Positions 40,001 through 54,200 of a stretch of DNA of 64,000 nucleotides are shown here, piece after piece. The stretch comes from Bugula neritina (Eukaryota; Animalia; Bryozoa). The position numbers and the translations under genes were made by a program. The DNA is taken from contig OZ037770.1 of assembly GCA_964035545.1 (NCBI GenBank), positions 5,280,729-5,344,728 of the forward strand, written 5' to 3'. Under the pieces are notes generated by a model. That model was not told where the DNA came from. It saw only the letters and a program-made list of their open reading frames with translations, and made no database searches. Each line of letters begins with the position of its first letter. The stretch's first letter is position 1.

Positions 40001-43000
40001 AGTATATATTATATTACTGCTATAGTATATGTTATATTACTGCTATAGTATATATTATATTACTGCTAGTATATATTATATTACTGCTAGTATATATTAT
40101 ATTACTGCTAGTATATATTATATTACTGTCAGTATATATTATATTACTGTCAGTATATATTATATTACTGCTAGTATATATTATATCACTGCTAGTATAT
40201 ATTATATTACTGCTAGTATATATTATATTACTGCTATAGTATATATTATATTACTGCTAGTATATATTATATTACTGCTAGTATATATTATATTACTGCT
40301 AGTATATATTAGATTACTGCTAGTATATATTATATCACTGCTAGTATATATTATATTACTGCTAGTATATATTATATTACTACTAGTATATATTATATTA
40401 CTGCTAGTATATATTATATTACTGCTATAGTATATGTTATATTACTGCTATAGTATATATTATATCACTGCTATAGTATATGTTATATTACTGCTATAGT
40501 ATATATTATATTACTGCTAGTATATATTATATTACTGCTATAGTATATGTTATATTACTGCTATAGTATATGTTATATTACTGCTATAGTATATATTATA
40601 TTACTGCTAGTATATATTATATTACTGCTATAGTATATGTTATATTACTGCTATAGTATATATTATATCACTGCTAGTATATATTATATCACTGCTAGTA
40701 TATATTATATTACTGCTAGTATATATTATATTACTGCTAGTATATATTATATTACTGTCAGTATATATTATATTACTGCTAGTATATATTATATTACTGC
40801 TAGTATATATTATATTACTGCTAGTATATATTATATTACTACTAGTATATATTATATTACTGCTATAGTATATATTATATTACTGCTAGTATGTATTATA
40901 TTACTGCTAGTATATATTATATTACTGCTAGTATATATTATAATACTGCTAGTATATATTATATTACTGCTAGTATATATTATATCACTGCTAGTATATA
41001 TTATATCACTGCTAGTATATATTATATTACTGTCAGTATATATTATATTACTGCTAGTATATATTATATTACTGCTAGTATATATTATATTACTGCTAGT
41101 ATATATTATATTACTGCTATAGTATATGTTATATTACTGCTATAGTATATATTATATCACTGCTAGTATGTATTATATTACTGCTAGTATATATTATATT
41201 ACTGCTATAGTATATATTATATTACTGCTATAGTATATATTATATTACTGTCAGTATATATTATATTACTGCTAGTATATATTATATCACTGCTAGTATA
41301 TATTATATTACTGCTAGTATATATTATATTACTGCTAGTATATATTATATCACTGCTAGTATATATTATATTACTGCTAGTATATATTATATTACTGCTA
41401 GTATATATTATATTACTACTAGTATATATTATATTACTGCTAGTATATATTATATCACTGCTAGTATATTTTATATTACTGCTAGTAAATATTATATTAC
41501 TGCTAGTATATATTATATTACTGCTATAGTATATATTATATTACTGCTAGTATATATTATATTACTGCTAGTATATATTATATTACTGCTAGTATATATT
41601 ATATTACTGCTAGTATATATTATATTACTGCTAGTATATATTATATCACTGCTAGTATATATTATATTACTGCTAGTATATATTATATTACTGCTAGTAT
41701 ATATTATATTACTACTAGTATATATTATATTACTGCTAGTATATATTATATCACTGCTAGTATATATTATATTACTGCTAGTATATATTATATTACTGCT
41801 AGTATATATTATATTTCTGTCAGTATATATTATATTACTGCTAGTATATATTATATTACTGCTAGTATATATTATATTACTGCTAGTATATATTATATTA
41901 CTGTCAGTATATATTATATTACTGCTATAGTATATATTATATCACTGCTAGTATATATTATATTACTGCTAGTATATATTATATTACTGGTAGTATATAT
42001 TATATTACTGCTAGTATATATTACATTACTGCTAGTATATATTATATTACTGCTAGTATATATTATATTACTGTCAGTATATATTATATTACTGCTAGTA
42101 TATATTATATTACTGCTAGTATATATTGTATTACTGCTATAGTATATATTATATTACTGCTAGTATATATTATATTACTGCTAGTATATATTATATTACT
42201 GTCAGTATATATTATATTACTGCTAGTTTATATTATATTACTGCTATAGTATATATTATATTACTGCTAGTATATATTATATTACTGCTAGTATATATTA
42301 TATCACTGCTAGTATATATTATATCACTGCTAGTATATATCATATCACTGCTAGTATATATTATATCACTGCTAGTATATATTATATTACTGTTAGTATA
42401 TATTATATTACTGTCAGTATATATTATATTACTGCTAGTATATATTATATTACTGCTAGTATATATTATATTACTGCTATAGTATATATTATATTACTGC
42501 TAGTATATATTATATTACTGCTAGTATATATTATATTACTGCTAGTATATATTATATTACTGCTAGTATATATTATATTACTACTAGTATATATTATATT
42601 ACTACTAGTATATATTATATTACTGCTAGTATATATTATATTACTGCTAGTATATATTATATTACTGCTAGTATATATTATATTACTGCTAGTATATATT
42701 ATATTACTGCTAGTATATATTATATTACTGCTAGTATATATTATATTACTGCTAGTATATATTATATTACTGCTAGTATATATTATATCACTGCTAGTAT
42801 ATATTATATTACTGTCAGTATATATTATATTACTGCTAGTATTTATTATATTACTGCTAGTATATATTATATTACTGCTAGTATATATTATATTACTGCT
42901 ATAGTATATGTTATATTACTGCTATAGTATATATTATATCACTGTCAGTATATATTATATTACTGCTAGTATATATTATATTACTGCTAGTATATATTAT

Positions 43001-45179
43001 ATTACTGTCAGTATATATTATATTACTGCTAGTATATATTATATCACTGCTAGTATATATTATATCACTGCTAGTATATATTATATTACTGTTAGTATAT
43101 ATTATATCACTGTCAGTATATATTATATTACTGCTAGTATATATTATATTACTGCTAGTATATATTATATTACTGCTAGTATATATTATATTACTGTCAG
43201 TATATATTATATTACTGCTAGTATATATTATATTACTGCTAGTATATATTATATTACTGCTATAGTATATATTATATTACTGCTAGTATATATTATATTA
43301 CTGCTAGTATATATTATATCACTGCTAGTATATATTATATTACTGCTAGTATATATTATATCACTGCTAGTATATATTATATTACTGCTAGTATATATTA
43401 TATTACTGCTAGTATATATTATATCACTGCTAGTATATATTATATTACTGCTAGTATATATTATATTACTGCTAGTATATATTATATCACTGCTAGTATA
43501 TATTATATTACTGCTAGTATATATTATATTACTGCTAGTATATATTATATTACTGCTAGTATATATTATATTACTGCTATAGTATATATTATATTACTGC
43601 TAGTATATATTATATTACTGCTAGTATATATTATATTACTGCTAGTATATATTATATTACTGCTAGTATATATTATATTACTGCTAGTATATGTTATATT
43701 ACTGCTATAGTATATATTATATTACTGCTAGTATATATTATATTACTGCCAGTATATATTATATTACTGCTAGTAAATATTATATTACTGCTAGTATATA
43801 TTATATTACTGCTAGTATATATTATATTACTGCTAGTATATATTATATTACTGCTAGTATATATTATATTACTACTAGCATATATTATATTACTGCTAGT
43901 ATATATTATATCACTGCTAGTATATATTATATTACTGCCAGTATATATTATATTACTACTAGTAAATATTATATTACTGCTAGTATATATTATATTACTG
44001 CTAGTATATATTATATTACTGCTAGTATATATTATATTACTGCTAGTATATATTATATTACTACTAGTATATATTATATCACTGCTAGTATATATTATCT
44101 TACTGCTAGTATATATTATATTACTGTCAGTATATATTATATTACTGCTAGTATATATTATATTACTGCTATAGTATATATTATATTACTGCTAGTATAT
44201 ATTATATTACTGCTAGTATATATTATATTACTGCTAGTATATATTATATTACTGCTAGTATATATTATATTACTACTAGTATATATTATATTACTACTAG
44301 TATATATTATATTACTGCTAGTATATATTATATTACTGCTAGTATATATTATATTACTGCTAGTATATATTATATTACTGCTAGTATATATTATATTACT
44401 GCTAGTATATATTATATTACTGCTAGTATATATTATATTACTGTCAGTATATATTATATTACTGCTAGTATATATTATATTACTGCTAGTATATATTATA
44501 TTACTGTCAGTATATATTGTATTACTGCTAGTATATATTATATTACTGCTATAGTATATATTATATTACTGCTAGTATATATTATATTACTGCTAGTATA
44601 TATTATATCACAGCTAGTATATATTATATCACTGCTAGTATATATTATATCACTGCTAGTATATATTATATTACTGCTAGTATATATTATATCACTGTCA
44701 GTATATATTATATTACTGCTAGTATATATTATATTACTGCTATTATATATTATATTACTGCTAGTATATATTATATTACTGCTAGTATATATTATATTAC
44801 TGCTAGTATATATTATATTACTGCTAGTATATTATAATATTATTATTCAGAAGTGCTTCCTCTGCATCATCCAGAGGTAAAGTCAGCACCAAAGTCACCC
44901 CACAAATTAGAAAGGAAATGGAAAAGTAAGTAAAATATTTCCCCTTCTTAAAACTATCTTCTCAATAATAATTTCTACTGAGATCTTACTAAATCTATAT
45001 ATTCCGTGTTATTGAGTGTTGATGGTGTTTTATAGGAGGCGATTCGAATCAACATCTTTGGCTAGACTTGTCAGCACCGGTTTAGTGTGAGTACAGTATA
45101 ATTATATGAAATAGTATTTATTGGTGTCTCTTGTTTTACATGTAAAATATGCATGAATCTTTCATTTATATTTATAGGC

Positions 45180-45218
<39 letters not shown>

Positions 45219-48200
45219 TAATATATATAATATATAATATATATAATATAATAACACATATATAACGAATATTATAATATAATAACACCTATATATAACG
45301 TATATAATATTATAATAACAGTTATATATTACGTATAAAATATAAAACATGTATATATATAACGTATATAATACAATAACATATACATAACGTATATTAT
45401 AATATAATAACACGTATATATAACGTTTATAAAACACACCATTCTGTTCAGGAAGGACATGGCTAACGAGTCTATACAGGAGGAGCCGAGTATATCAGCT
45501 CTGTCAGTTGGAAAGGCAGCTCAGAGTAAGTAACACTACAGTTAGTTAGTACTGCTTTAGTTAGTACTGCTTTAGTTAGTACTGCTTTAGTTAGCACTGC
45601 TTTAGTTAATGTTGCTTTAGTTAATACTGCTTTAGTTAATACTGCTTTAGTTAGTACTGCTTTAGTTAGTACTGCTTTAGTTAATATTGCTTTAGTTAAT
45701 ATTGCTTTAGTTAACACTGCTTTAGTTAGTACTGCTTTAGAATTGGTACTGCTTTAGTTAGTACTGCTTTAGAATTGGTACTGCTTTAATTAGTACTGCT
45801 TTAGCTAGTACTGCTTTACTTAGTGCTGCTTTAGCTAGTACTACAATATTCTTAAGAAAAAGTTATTTTATCACAGAGTAGAAGTATTGTTATATGGTTG
45901 CAATAATGAACTTGATAATTCTTTTTCATCCATTATCTCGATCTAAACAACTAATTAAATTAAAAAGTTTGTTATTGCAAATTGAATCAATACAATAATT
46001 GGAATTTTCATGCAGAAAAGATGTCTACTGGCTACACATAAAATACGATATAGAAAATAAATATTTAGATCGAAGGCTGTATTTTTAGATGAAGGGACGC
46101 CAGAAGAAGCTCAAAACAATTCAAAACAATCAATAAAACTGATTAGAAGAGATGGGAAGCCTTTTGCAATCTCCTCTGTGAGTGAAGTTCTCAGTCTATG
46201 TTTTACTTTTATACCTTTTACAGTCTACAGAACAATCTAAATCAAATTATTAGGCATATATCCAGACAGATTGCTTGTTTGCATCCATTATTAATTTCTG
46301 ATTTCTTTTCTTCCTCGTAATAACTTCAATCTAAGCATTTCAGCTACTTGTAACTACAAACCTTTTTTATGAAATTTTTATTGAGCAGCTGGAGATGATA
46401 AACCCATGAGCCTATTATGGCTCTATAAACAGCTTCGAGTCAGGGGTGAATTAGGGTAGTAGTTTTGAATTTCCAAGCTTGGAGTTGGGGGTTTAGTGGA
46501 AAACCTAATTCCAAACTCAAGAGCCCTAAATTATTGCACTTATTCACCCCTAACTCAGGGCTGCTTGTAGAACTGTTCTATTGTATCAGCAAACTAGAAA
46601 CTAACAGGGTCTAAAAAATGTAATGCGTTTCGATTAGGACTTGTACATAGAACAGTTTATTTAAATGCTATATTGTAAGCAGAACTGTTAGGTCATTGTC
46701 AGATGTGGCATTTTGGGACCTTGTTTTTGGTGCTGGGGTTAAACTTTTAATCCACTTGGAAAGAGAGACTATTGCAAACTTAAAACTTTTGAAACCCTCT
46801 AAGGTAGAACAACTCCAAAGTGTAGTGAAATTGCAAAGTACTGTATAATCCCATCTTTCCCCTAGGGGCCTTTTTCTAAATCTCGACTGAAGCCCAAGTC
46901 AATGTCAAAGTTCACCAGAAGATCCGAGGTAACCAACATGACGCCACAAAAATCTTCACATTTAGTGGCTGAAAAAGGGTGAGTTGATGTCATTGTGTGA
47001 TGTCATATTCTTTCATGTGTACAGTTTACTTTATTATAATGTCACACATTATTATGTTAAGTAATGTTGAAAATGTGCAATCTACAGTGATGATACGTTG
47101 ATAATATAGCCTAATATAATATAATATAATATAATGTAATATAATATAATATATTATAATATAATATAATATAATATAATATAATATAATATAATATAGT
47201 ATAATATAATACAATATGAAATAATATAATGTAAAATAATATAATATAATATATAATCATATTATATATGTAATATAGCATATGACATATAATATAGAAA
47301 AGTAAGATAATATGCATAAGTGTATGCAAGTATGATAGTATACCATATGTATAAAGTGTATAAAAAGTTGAAGTACCATACAACGTAGCCTATATACTAC
47401 ATATATATAAAACCTATATTTGTAACTGCCCTCCTAGTTTGCTATGAAAGTTCCATACGGGTGTATGTTTTAGTGTAGATAGTTTATTGATTTACACTGT
47501 TCACACCATTTACACCTTTTACACCGTGAAACTACAATTTTCACAAAACAAAATGATTAAAATATGATAGAATAAGAGCAAATTAAACACAGAAAAGTAC
47601 ATAAAAGAATTTGATAAATTGCTTGTTTTATAATTATTAAAATATTCAAAGTAACAGTATAAATCAACAAAGTTATAATATATAAAAGCATACCTCTTTC
47701 ACCCTTTCTAGGAGAGAGTTAGTAGTATAAAGAAAGCAACATTTTATACCGTGTGTTTGTAAAAATAGCTATAATATTATGTGAGAGTAGATGAGAATGG
47801 AACCTTGACGCTTGAGGGTTCTTACGATAATGTCCTGGCTAAATGTATTTTAACTGTTTTTGTCGGCATGTGTAAAGCTAGTGCACTCAGTTTCTTAGTC
47901 ATGGTTTTTTGAGTGCAGCCAGTGCAAAATAAAACTTGCAATGCACCGAGTGATACTAAAATGGTCTTGAAGATAAAAAAACAGTGACAAACAAGTGCTA
48001 AAGAGTACACTAAGGATGGGTGATTCATCGCTGTTGGAATATGTGACAACACAAACGCAGTGTGGCAATGTCGGTAAATGCTAAATTGCTAATTGATATA
48101 TATTATGACAGTTATGAACAAATTGGCAGCAGAGTGTCAGTAAGCAAACTAAATAAAACCAAATTTATGAAATTTTACTATTTATTATAAAGGACACTAC

Positions 48201-51200
48201 ACTCCCACCTAAAATTTCAGAAATTTTTCAGCAAAGTTTTACTCGTTATCCTTTAAATACATATGTATATATTTTTTAGTTTTCAATTAGTGTCACCAGC
48301 TTTGAGACAGGGCGGTGTAGGTACTTTTTGGAGTTCACAGGCTGGTTTCTATTACCAATTAAAATTTTGGCTGATCGGACTCTACCGTCTTTTGATTTTA
48401 TACATTCTACCACCTTTCCCATAGACCACTCATTTCTATTACCATTGTCATTCACAATAATCACTATGTTTCCGGTCTTCATTTCTCGGCCTGTTTGATT
48501 CACCCATTTCTGGCGAGATTGGAGATAGCACAAATACTCAGTGCGCCAGCGCTGCCAGAAGTTATTTGCCAGATGCTGCACAGCACGCCAGCGCTTGCGG
48601 CTGTAAATATCACTGTCGGTGAATTCAGATGGAGGTGAAAGAATGATGTCTGACTTCATAGTCAGCAGGAGATTTGGAGTGAGAGGATGATGTTCTTCAG
48701 TGACTGTGGAAAGGGGCCTCGAATTTATGATAGCCATAACCTCATACATGAGGGTTCGGAGGTTACTGGTGTCGAGTCTTCCGGCATGTTTTCTCAGAAC
48801 GTGCTGAAGTATGCTTCTAGCTGAACGGATCATCCTTTCCCAGACGCCACCCATGTGACTGGCTGCAGGCGGGTTTAGCTTAAACTCCAGGACACCTTTC
48901 TCAGTTAGTTCAGGAATAGCGCCAATGAAGTTGGTACCCTGGTCACACCAGATTTCTCTAATGGGGCCGCGAATAGCAATTACGTTGCGAATGGCATTTA
49001 TGAAGGAAGAAGTAGTCATGTCATCGAGTAGCTCGATGTGGACCGCTCGACTGGCCAAGCAAGTGACCATTAGACCATAACGTTTCAGTTCAGTGCGTCT
49101 ATCCTTGACTTGGAAGGGGCCAAAACAGTCGACTCCACAATAAGTGAAAGGGGGTGACTCTGTAACTCTTTCTGCAGGAAGTGAAGACATATTTGGAATG
49201 ATTGGCTTACCGCGATCACGACGGCAGTCCACACAATGATAGATGAGAGAGGTAACTAGCTGTCTAGCACCTATGACCCAATAACCAGCTGATCTCATTT
49301 GAGCTAGGGTCATTCCACGACCTTGATGCTTAGCCTGGTTATGGAAGTGCTGAAGAAGAAGTTGGGTAAAATGTCCGGCCTTGGGAAGGATGATTGGGTG
49401 TTTGTTTGAGAACTCAATGAATGCGCTATGATCGAGTCTACCTCCAACTCTCATGATACCCTTTGAATCAAGGAATGGGCTGAGATTGAAGATAGGGCTG
49501 CTTTGACTGATTTTCTTGCCATCTTTCAGGCATTGAGCTTCAGGAAGATGCTCCTGTTGTGCAGATTTGATGATGTATGATTCAGAGGCAGATTTTATAT
49601 CATAAGAAGTGCTTTTCATGTGCTTAGAGCGTGCTTTCTGAATGAATAGTCCTGTCACTTTGACAGCTGTCGTCCAGGAGGAAAAGCGATGGAGCAAATG
49701 ATAAAGTGTTGGATGGGTGGAGGTATCATGGGTTGAAGTAACAAGTGACTTGACCTCTTTGTCATCATTTCTAACTTGTGGGGTTGGCTGCTCAGGGATT
49801 ACTATCGGTTCATTCCAGAGAAAATCTGGTCCCGTGAACCAGTTGGATTTGTTTAGCTGATCAATGGTCAGACCTCTTGAGGCATGGTCAGCAGGGTTCT
49901 GGTCTGTTGGTACGTAAAACCAACTTTCTGGACATGACTGGTCTCTAACCTTTTGGATTCTGTTTGTGACATATACATGGAACTTCTTTGAGGTGTTTTT
50001 GAGATAGCCAAGTACAACTTGAGAATCAGTCCAAAATGTTTCAGTGACATCCATTCCAAGTTCTGACCTAATAATGCCGGATACTTGTGCTGAGGTGACT
50101 GCTGCTTGCAGTTCCATGCGGGGGATTGTGATGGGTTTGATTGGAGCTACTCGACCTTTACTCATGAGCAAGGAAACATTGACTTGGTGCTTGGCATTGA
50201 CCACTCTCAAGTAGCTGACTTCACCATAGCCATTTGTACTGGCATCGGAGAAATGATGAATTTCTGCTTTGGAGATATCACCGAAATCATGTGGTTTGTA
50301 GCATCTCTTGATGTGGATGTTGGAGAGATCGGACAGAGAAGATTTCCAGCTCTCCCACCGTAATAACAGTTCACCTTCTAGGGTTGCCTCCCATGAAGCT
50401 GAAATTCTACACATATCTTGGAGTATATTTTTACCCTTCAAAATGAATGGGGAGAGGAAGCCTAAAGGATCAAATATGGATGCAATGGTAGAGAGAACAC
50501 CTGAACGAGTGTTAGGGTTTGACTTGATGGATGAGCTGAATGTGAAAGCATCAGATTTGAGTGACCACAGAAGACCTAGAGTTCTTTCAATGGGTTGAGA
50601 ATCATCATCAGGCTCAAGAGTTTGGATGTCTTGCACATTTCTTTCAGAAGCGGGGATAGATTCGAGAACAGCAGATGAGTTAGATGAGAATTTGTGAAGA
50701 CGTAAATTGCCTTCTTGGCATATGGATATGGCGTCTTGGACCACACTAATTGCAGAGTCAGTATCAGAGAAACTCATTAAACCATCATCCACATAAAAGT
50801 TGTTTCTGATGAACGATTTAGCAAGTGTGTTTGGGTTGATGCTAGTGTCACAAAGTGACCGCAAACCGTATGTTGTGCATGCGGGGGATGACGTTGCGCC
50901 AAAGAGATGCACTTTCATTCTGTAAGGAACTATCTCTCCCTGTTCGTCATACCAAAGAAACCTGAGGAGATCTCTATGTTCAGGAAAAATCCGAAACTGA
51001 TGGAACATTCTACCAATGTCACAGGTTACTCCTACCAGGTATTTCCTGAATCTCATCAAAATACCTATCAAGCTATTCATTTGATCAGGACCCTGGAGCA
51101 GATAGTCATTGAGACACATCCCTCCCACCTTGGCGGCTCCATCAAAGACAATCCGAATTTTTCCAGGTTTCTTGGGATGGTAAACACCAAAGTGAGGGAT

Positions 51201-54200
51201 GTACCATGCGCTCTCATTGTTTTTCTGGTCATCTGGAACAAGTTCTGCCTCACCTTGTGTTATGATGTCATTCATAAATTTGTGATAGTGCTCGGAGAAA
51301 GTAGGATCAGTTAAATTTTTTTGAAGATTTTTAAATCGATTGAGTGCCATGTATTTAGATTTGTTCGGACCGGGTTGAGATTTTAGTGGAAGAGGCATAG
51401 TGATGTGACCTTCTACATCTTTATATGTTTGCTCTTTCATGAGTTTCAAGAAGTTGATGTCATCGATTGACATCTTTGAATTCTCATTTGACGGATCTGA
51501 ATCAAAGTCAGAGCTTAGGATCTTAAGGATTTTGGTTTCCAGGTTGGCATCTTCATTGTGGCTGTCTGCCTGTATCTTAAATGAGATATTTTCTCTGGTT
51601 GTGGGTTGTAAGACTGCAAGGTTTACTATCGTAAGCAAATTACGGGGGTTCTTTTGAGTATTATTTTGTGTGGTATTTCCCATGAGTAGCCAACCAAGAT
51701 CACTCAGCCTAGCAAATGGCACATTGTCACCAGCAGTAATTTCTTGCCGTGACATGAATACTTGTGGCAGATTGCCACCAATGAGGAGACCGAGAGTGAG
51801 CTGGTTGCCTTCTTTGGCAGTGATGAATTCAGAAGCAAGGTGACGTAGATGGGGCCAGTCCTGTACGGACATGGAATTAGGAATTTCATTGCGATTGAAG
51901 GGTATTTGTGACTGACTTACACAAGTTGGCAGCTTAATATACTTTTGTCTATTGTAGCCGCGGACTAACAGCCCAGTTGCAGCTTGTCTGCTGGATGTAG
52001 ACCCTTGTACATCAGTGAGGGTGCTGATACTCATGTCCGTATCATGAGTAGTGGCATTGAGTGCATTAATAGTGTCGTGAGTGATGAACGTGTGATTAGA
52101 ACCAGAGTCTAATAGAGCATAGACTAGGACTTCATGGTCAGGATTTTCTATTGATGATACATACACTGGAATGGTCCATGAGGCGAGGTTTGCTGGCCTA
52201 TTTCCGGCGCAGCTACGCGCAGTGGCTTGTGTTGGATTATTTTCGTTGTCTTGATTTATATTTGGATTATTGTGATTGGTTTTATTTTCGCTACCTTTAT
52301 TGGAAGTTGAGTTTTGAGTGGAGGACTTATTTTCGCTGCCTCGAATTTGATTGTTATGTGAAATTTTATTTGGTTGAGAGGTCTTATTTTCGCTGCCTCT
52401 ATTGTAATACTTATGGAACACAGCAAGATGTTTTTGCTTACAGTCTTTTTTAGTGCACGTCGCAGGGTGGCGACATTTATCCATTTTGTGTCCCGGCTTC
52501 GCACATGAATAACAAAGGTTGTTATTGTCAAATAATTTCTCTATGTCTGAATGAGGTAATTTTTCAAGTTTGAAACAGATGCCAGTGCCATGGTTGTTCA
52601 TGTTACACATCAAGCATGGGTACCTACGCATAGGTTTTGTGGTGTCATGTGATATGTTAGCTGTTGTAGCTTGATTTTCTGAAGCGAGAAATACTGTTGC
52701 CTGCTTTTCGGACTTGCGAGTAGGTTGACTCCGCCTATAGCTGTTATCATGGTTTCTATTTGATACGACTCTTTTGGCTATGGCTTTGTTTAGACTGTTG
52801 CTTGCTACATCAGCCTCTCTAGATAAGAACCGGACAAAATCAAATATTGATGGAAACCGATCTGTTGTTGATTCTATTTCAGTTGCCATTTTGACCCACC
52901 GATTGCCTACCGATATTGGTAACTTTGCGAGAATTTTTTCATTTTCTCTTCGATCATTAAGGCAGTTGAGTTCAGGAAGCTTGTTCATGGCGGTTTGGCA
53001 GGATTCTAGAAAATTGACTAGTTCTTCCAGTGCCTCCCCGTCATGTTCTTTGATAAGGGGCCACTGTTCCAACTGGGTCCGATATGCTTCAGTGAGTATG
53101 TGGGGTTTCCCGAATTTATCATTTAGCTTGCGTTTTGCTTCTTTAAATGCTTCTTCAGTTCCAATTTGGAATAAATTTGCTACTACTCGTTTGGCTTTAC
53201 CACCTAAATATTGTTGAAGGAGAGCTATCTTTTGGAGGGGATTGTAACTACCACTCTCAATGAGACCCTCAAATGCCACCTTCCAATCCAAATATTCGAG
53301 GGGTTCACCAAAAAATACAGTGGGCTCGGCAGGTTTTAGTTTGATTGTGTGAATAGCTTGTGCTAGTGTGTTAGCAAATGCTTGTTGATCAGAAACGGAG
53401 CTGATGTTCCATGGTGGAGTGACGTCTACAGGGCTCCTTGTAGGGTACGAAGTGGAGTCAGCTGGTGCCTGGTAGAACTGAGGGTTGGTAATAGGATGTT
53501 TAGTCTGAGTCCTAGGTGCAGGTACTGGAGGCATGATAGAAGGTTTGACTGGATTATGGGTTTCGACATGTAAATGTTTAAAGTTAGGTGCAGGTGCTGG
53601 AAGTACAATAGAGGAAGACTTGGCTGGATTATCGAGTTCGGCATGTGATTGTGTGAAGTTAGGCTGGGGTAGTGGATGAAAAAGTGAAATACTGCCTTCA
53701 TCTTCCATAGCCTCAGAAAGAACCTGTTCTTCAGCTTCAATGGCATCAAGTTTTGCTTGAATTTTGCTTTGCTCTATAGCCATTGCCAATTGTTTGGCTT
53801 GCATTTCTAGTGCATGAGTGCTTTTTGATGACTCAAGTTTCTGTTTGAGAGCTGCAGATTTTGCTTTAGCTTCCAACTGCATAGCTTTAATTTTTGAACT
53901 AGCACGGGATGATTTGGAAGCTGAGGTGAGATAGGATTGAGATTGAATTGAAATGACTGAACCTGATGGGTTACGTGGTTTAGACAGAAAAGCAGCTGAT
54001 GATGCGCCTGGTTGGTTTGATAAAGCAGTTTTAGAACGCGTTGTATAGACATGCATCAGCTCTAAGACTTGTTGCAGACAATTTTCATTATCTGCTCCTA
54101 CGCGGTCAATTTGGTTTCTGACTTTTAGATCTGGTTCAAGATCGCCACAAGCTTCGCGCAATTGTTCATAGGCCTTGATTACATTGGCCTTCTCTTCAAT

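Noticed and set aside
32105-44835. Many Tyr/Ile-rich ORFs (YYITASI repeats) and a superficially CRISPR-like array
   Set aside because: They are translations of a 21-bp satellite; there are no unique spacers or cas genes and the context is eukaryotic.
47822-48052. Identical 76-aa ORFs here and at 55847-56077
   Set aside because: They lie within the LTRs, start at a non-ATG codon and show no recognisable domain; the duplication reflects the LTRs.
50106-53573. Several plus-strand ORFs inside the retrotransposon
   Set aside because: Antisense shadows of the gag-pol ORF.
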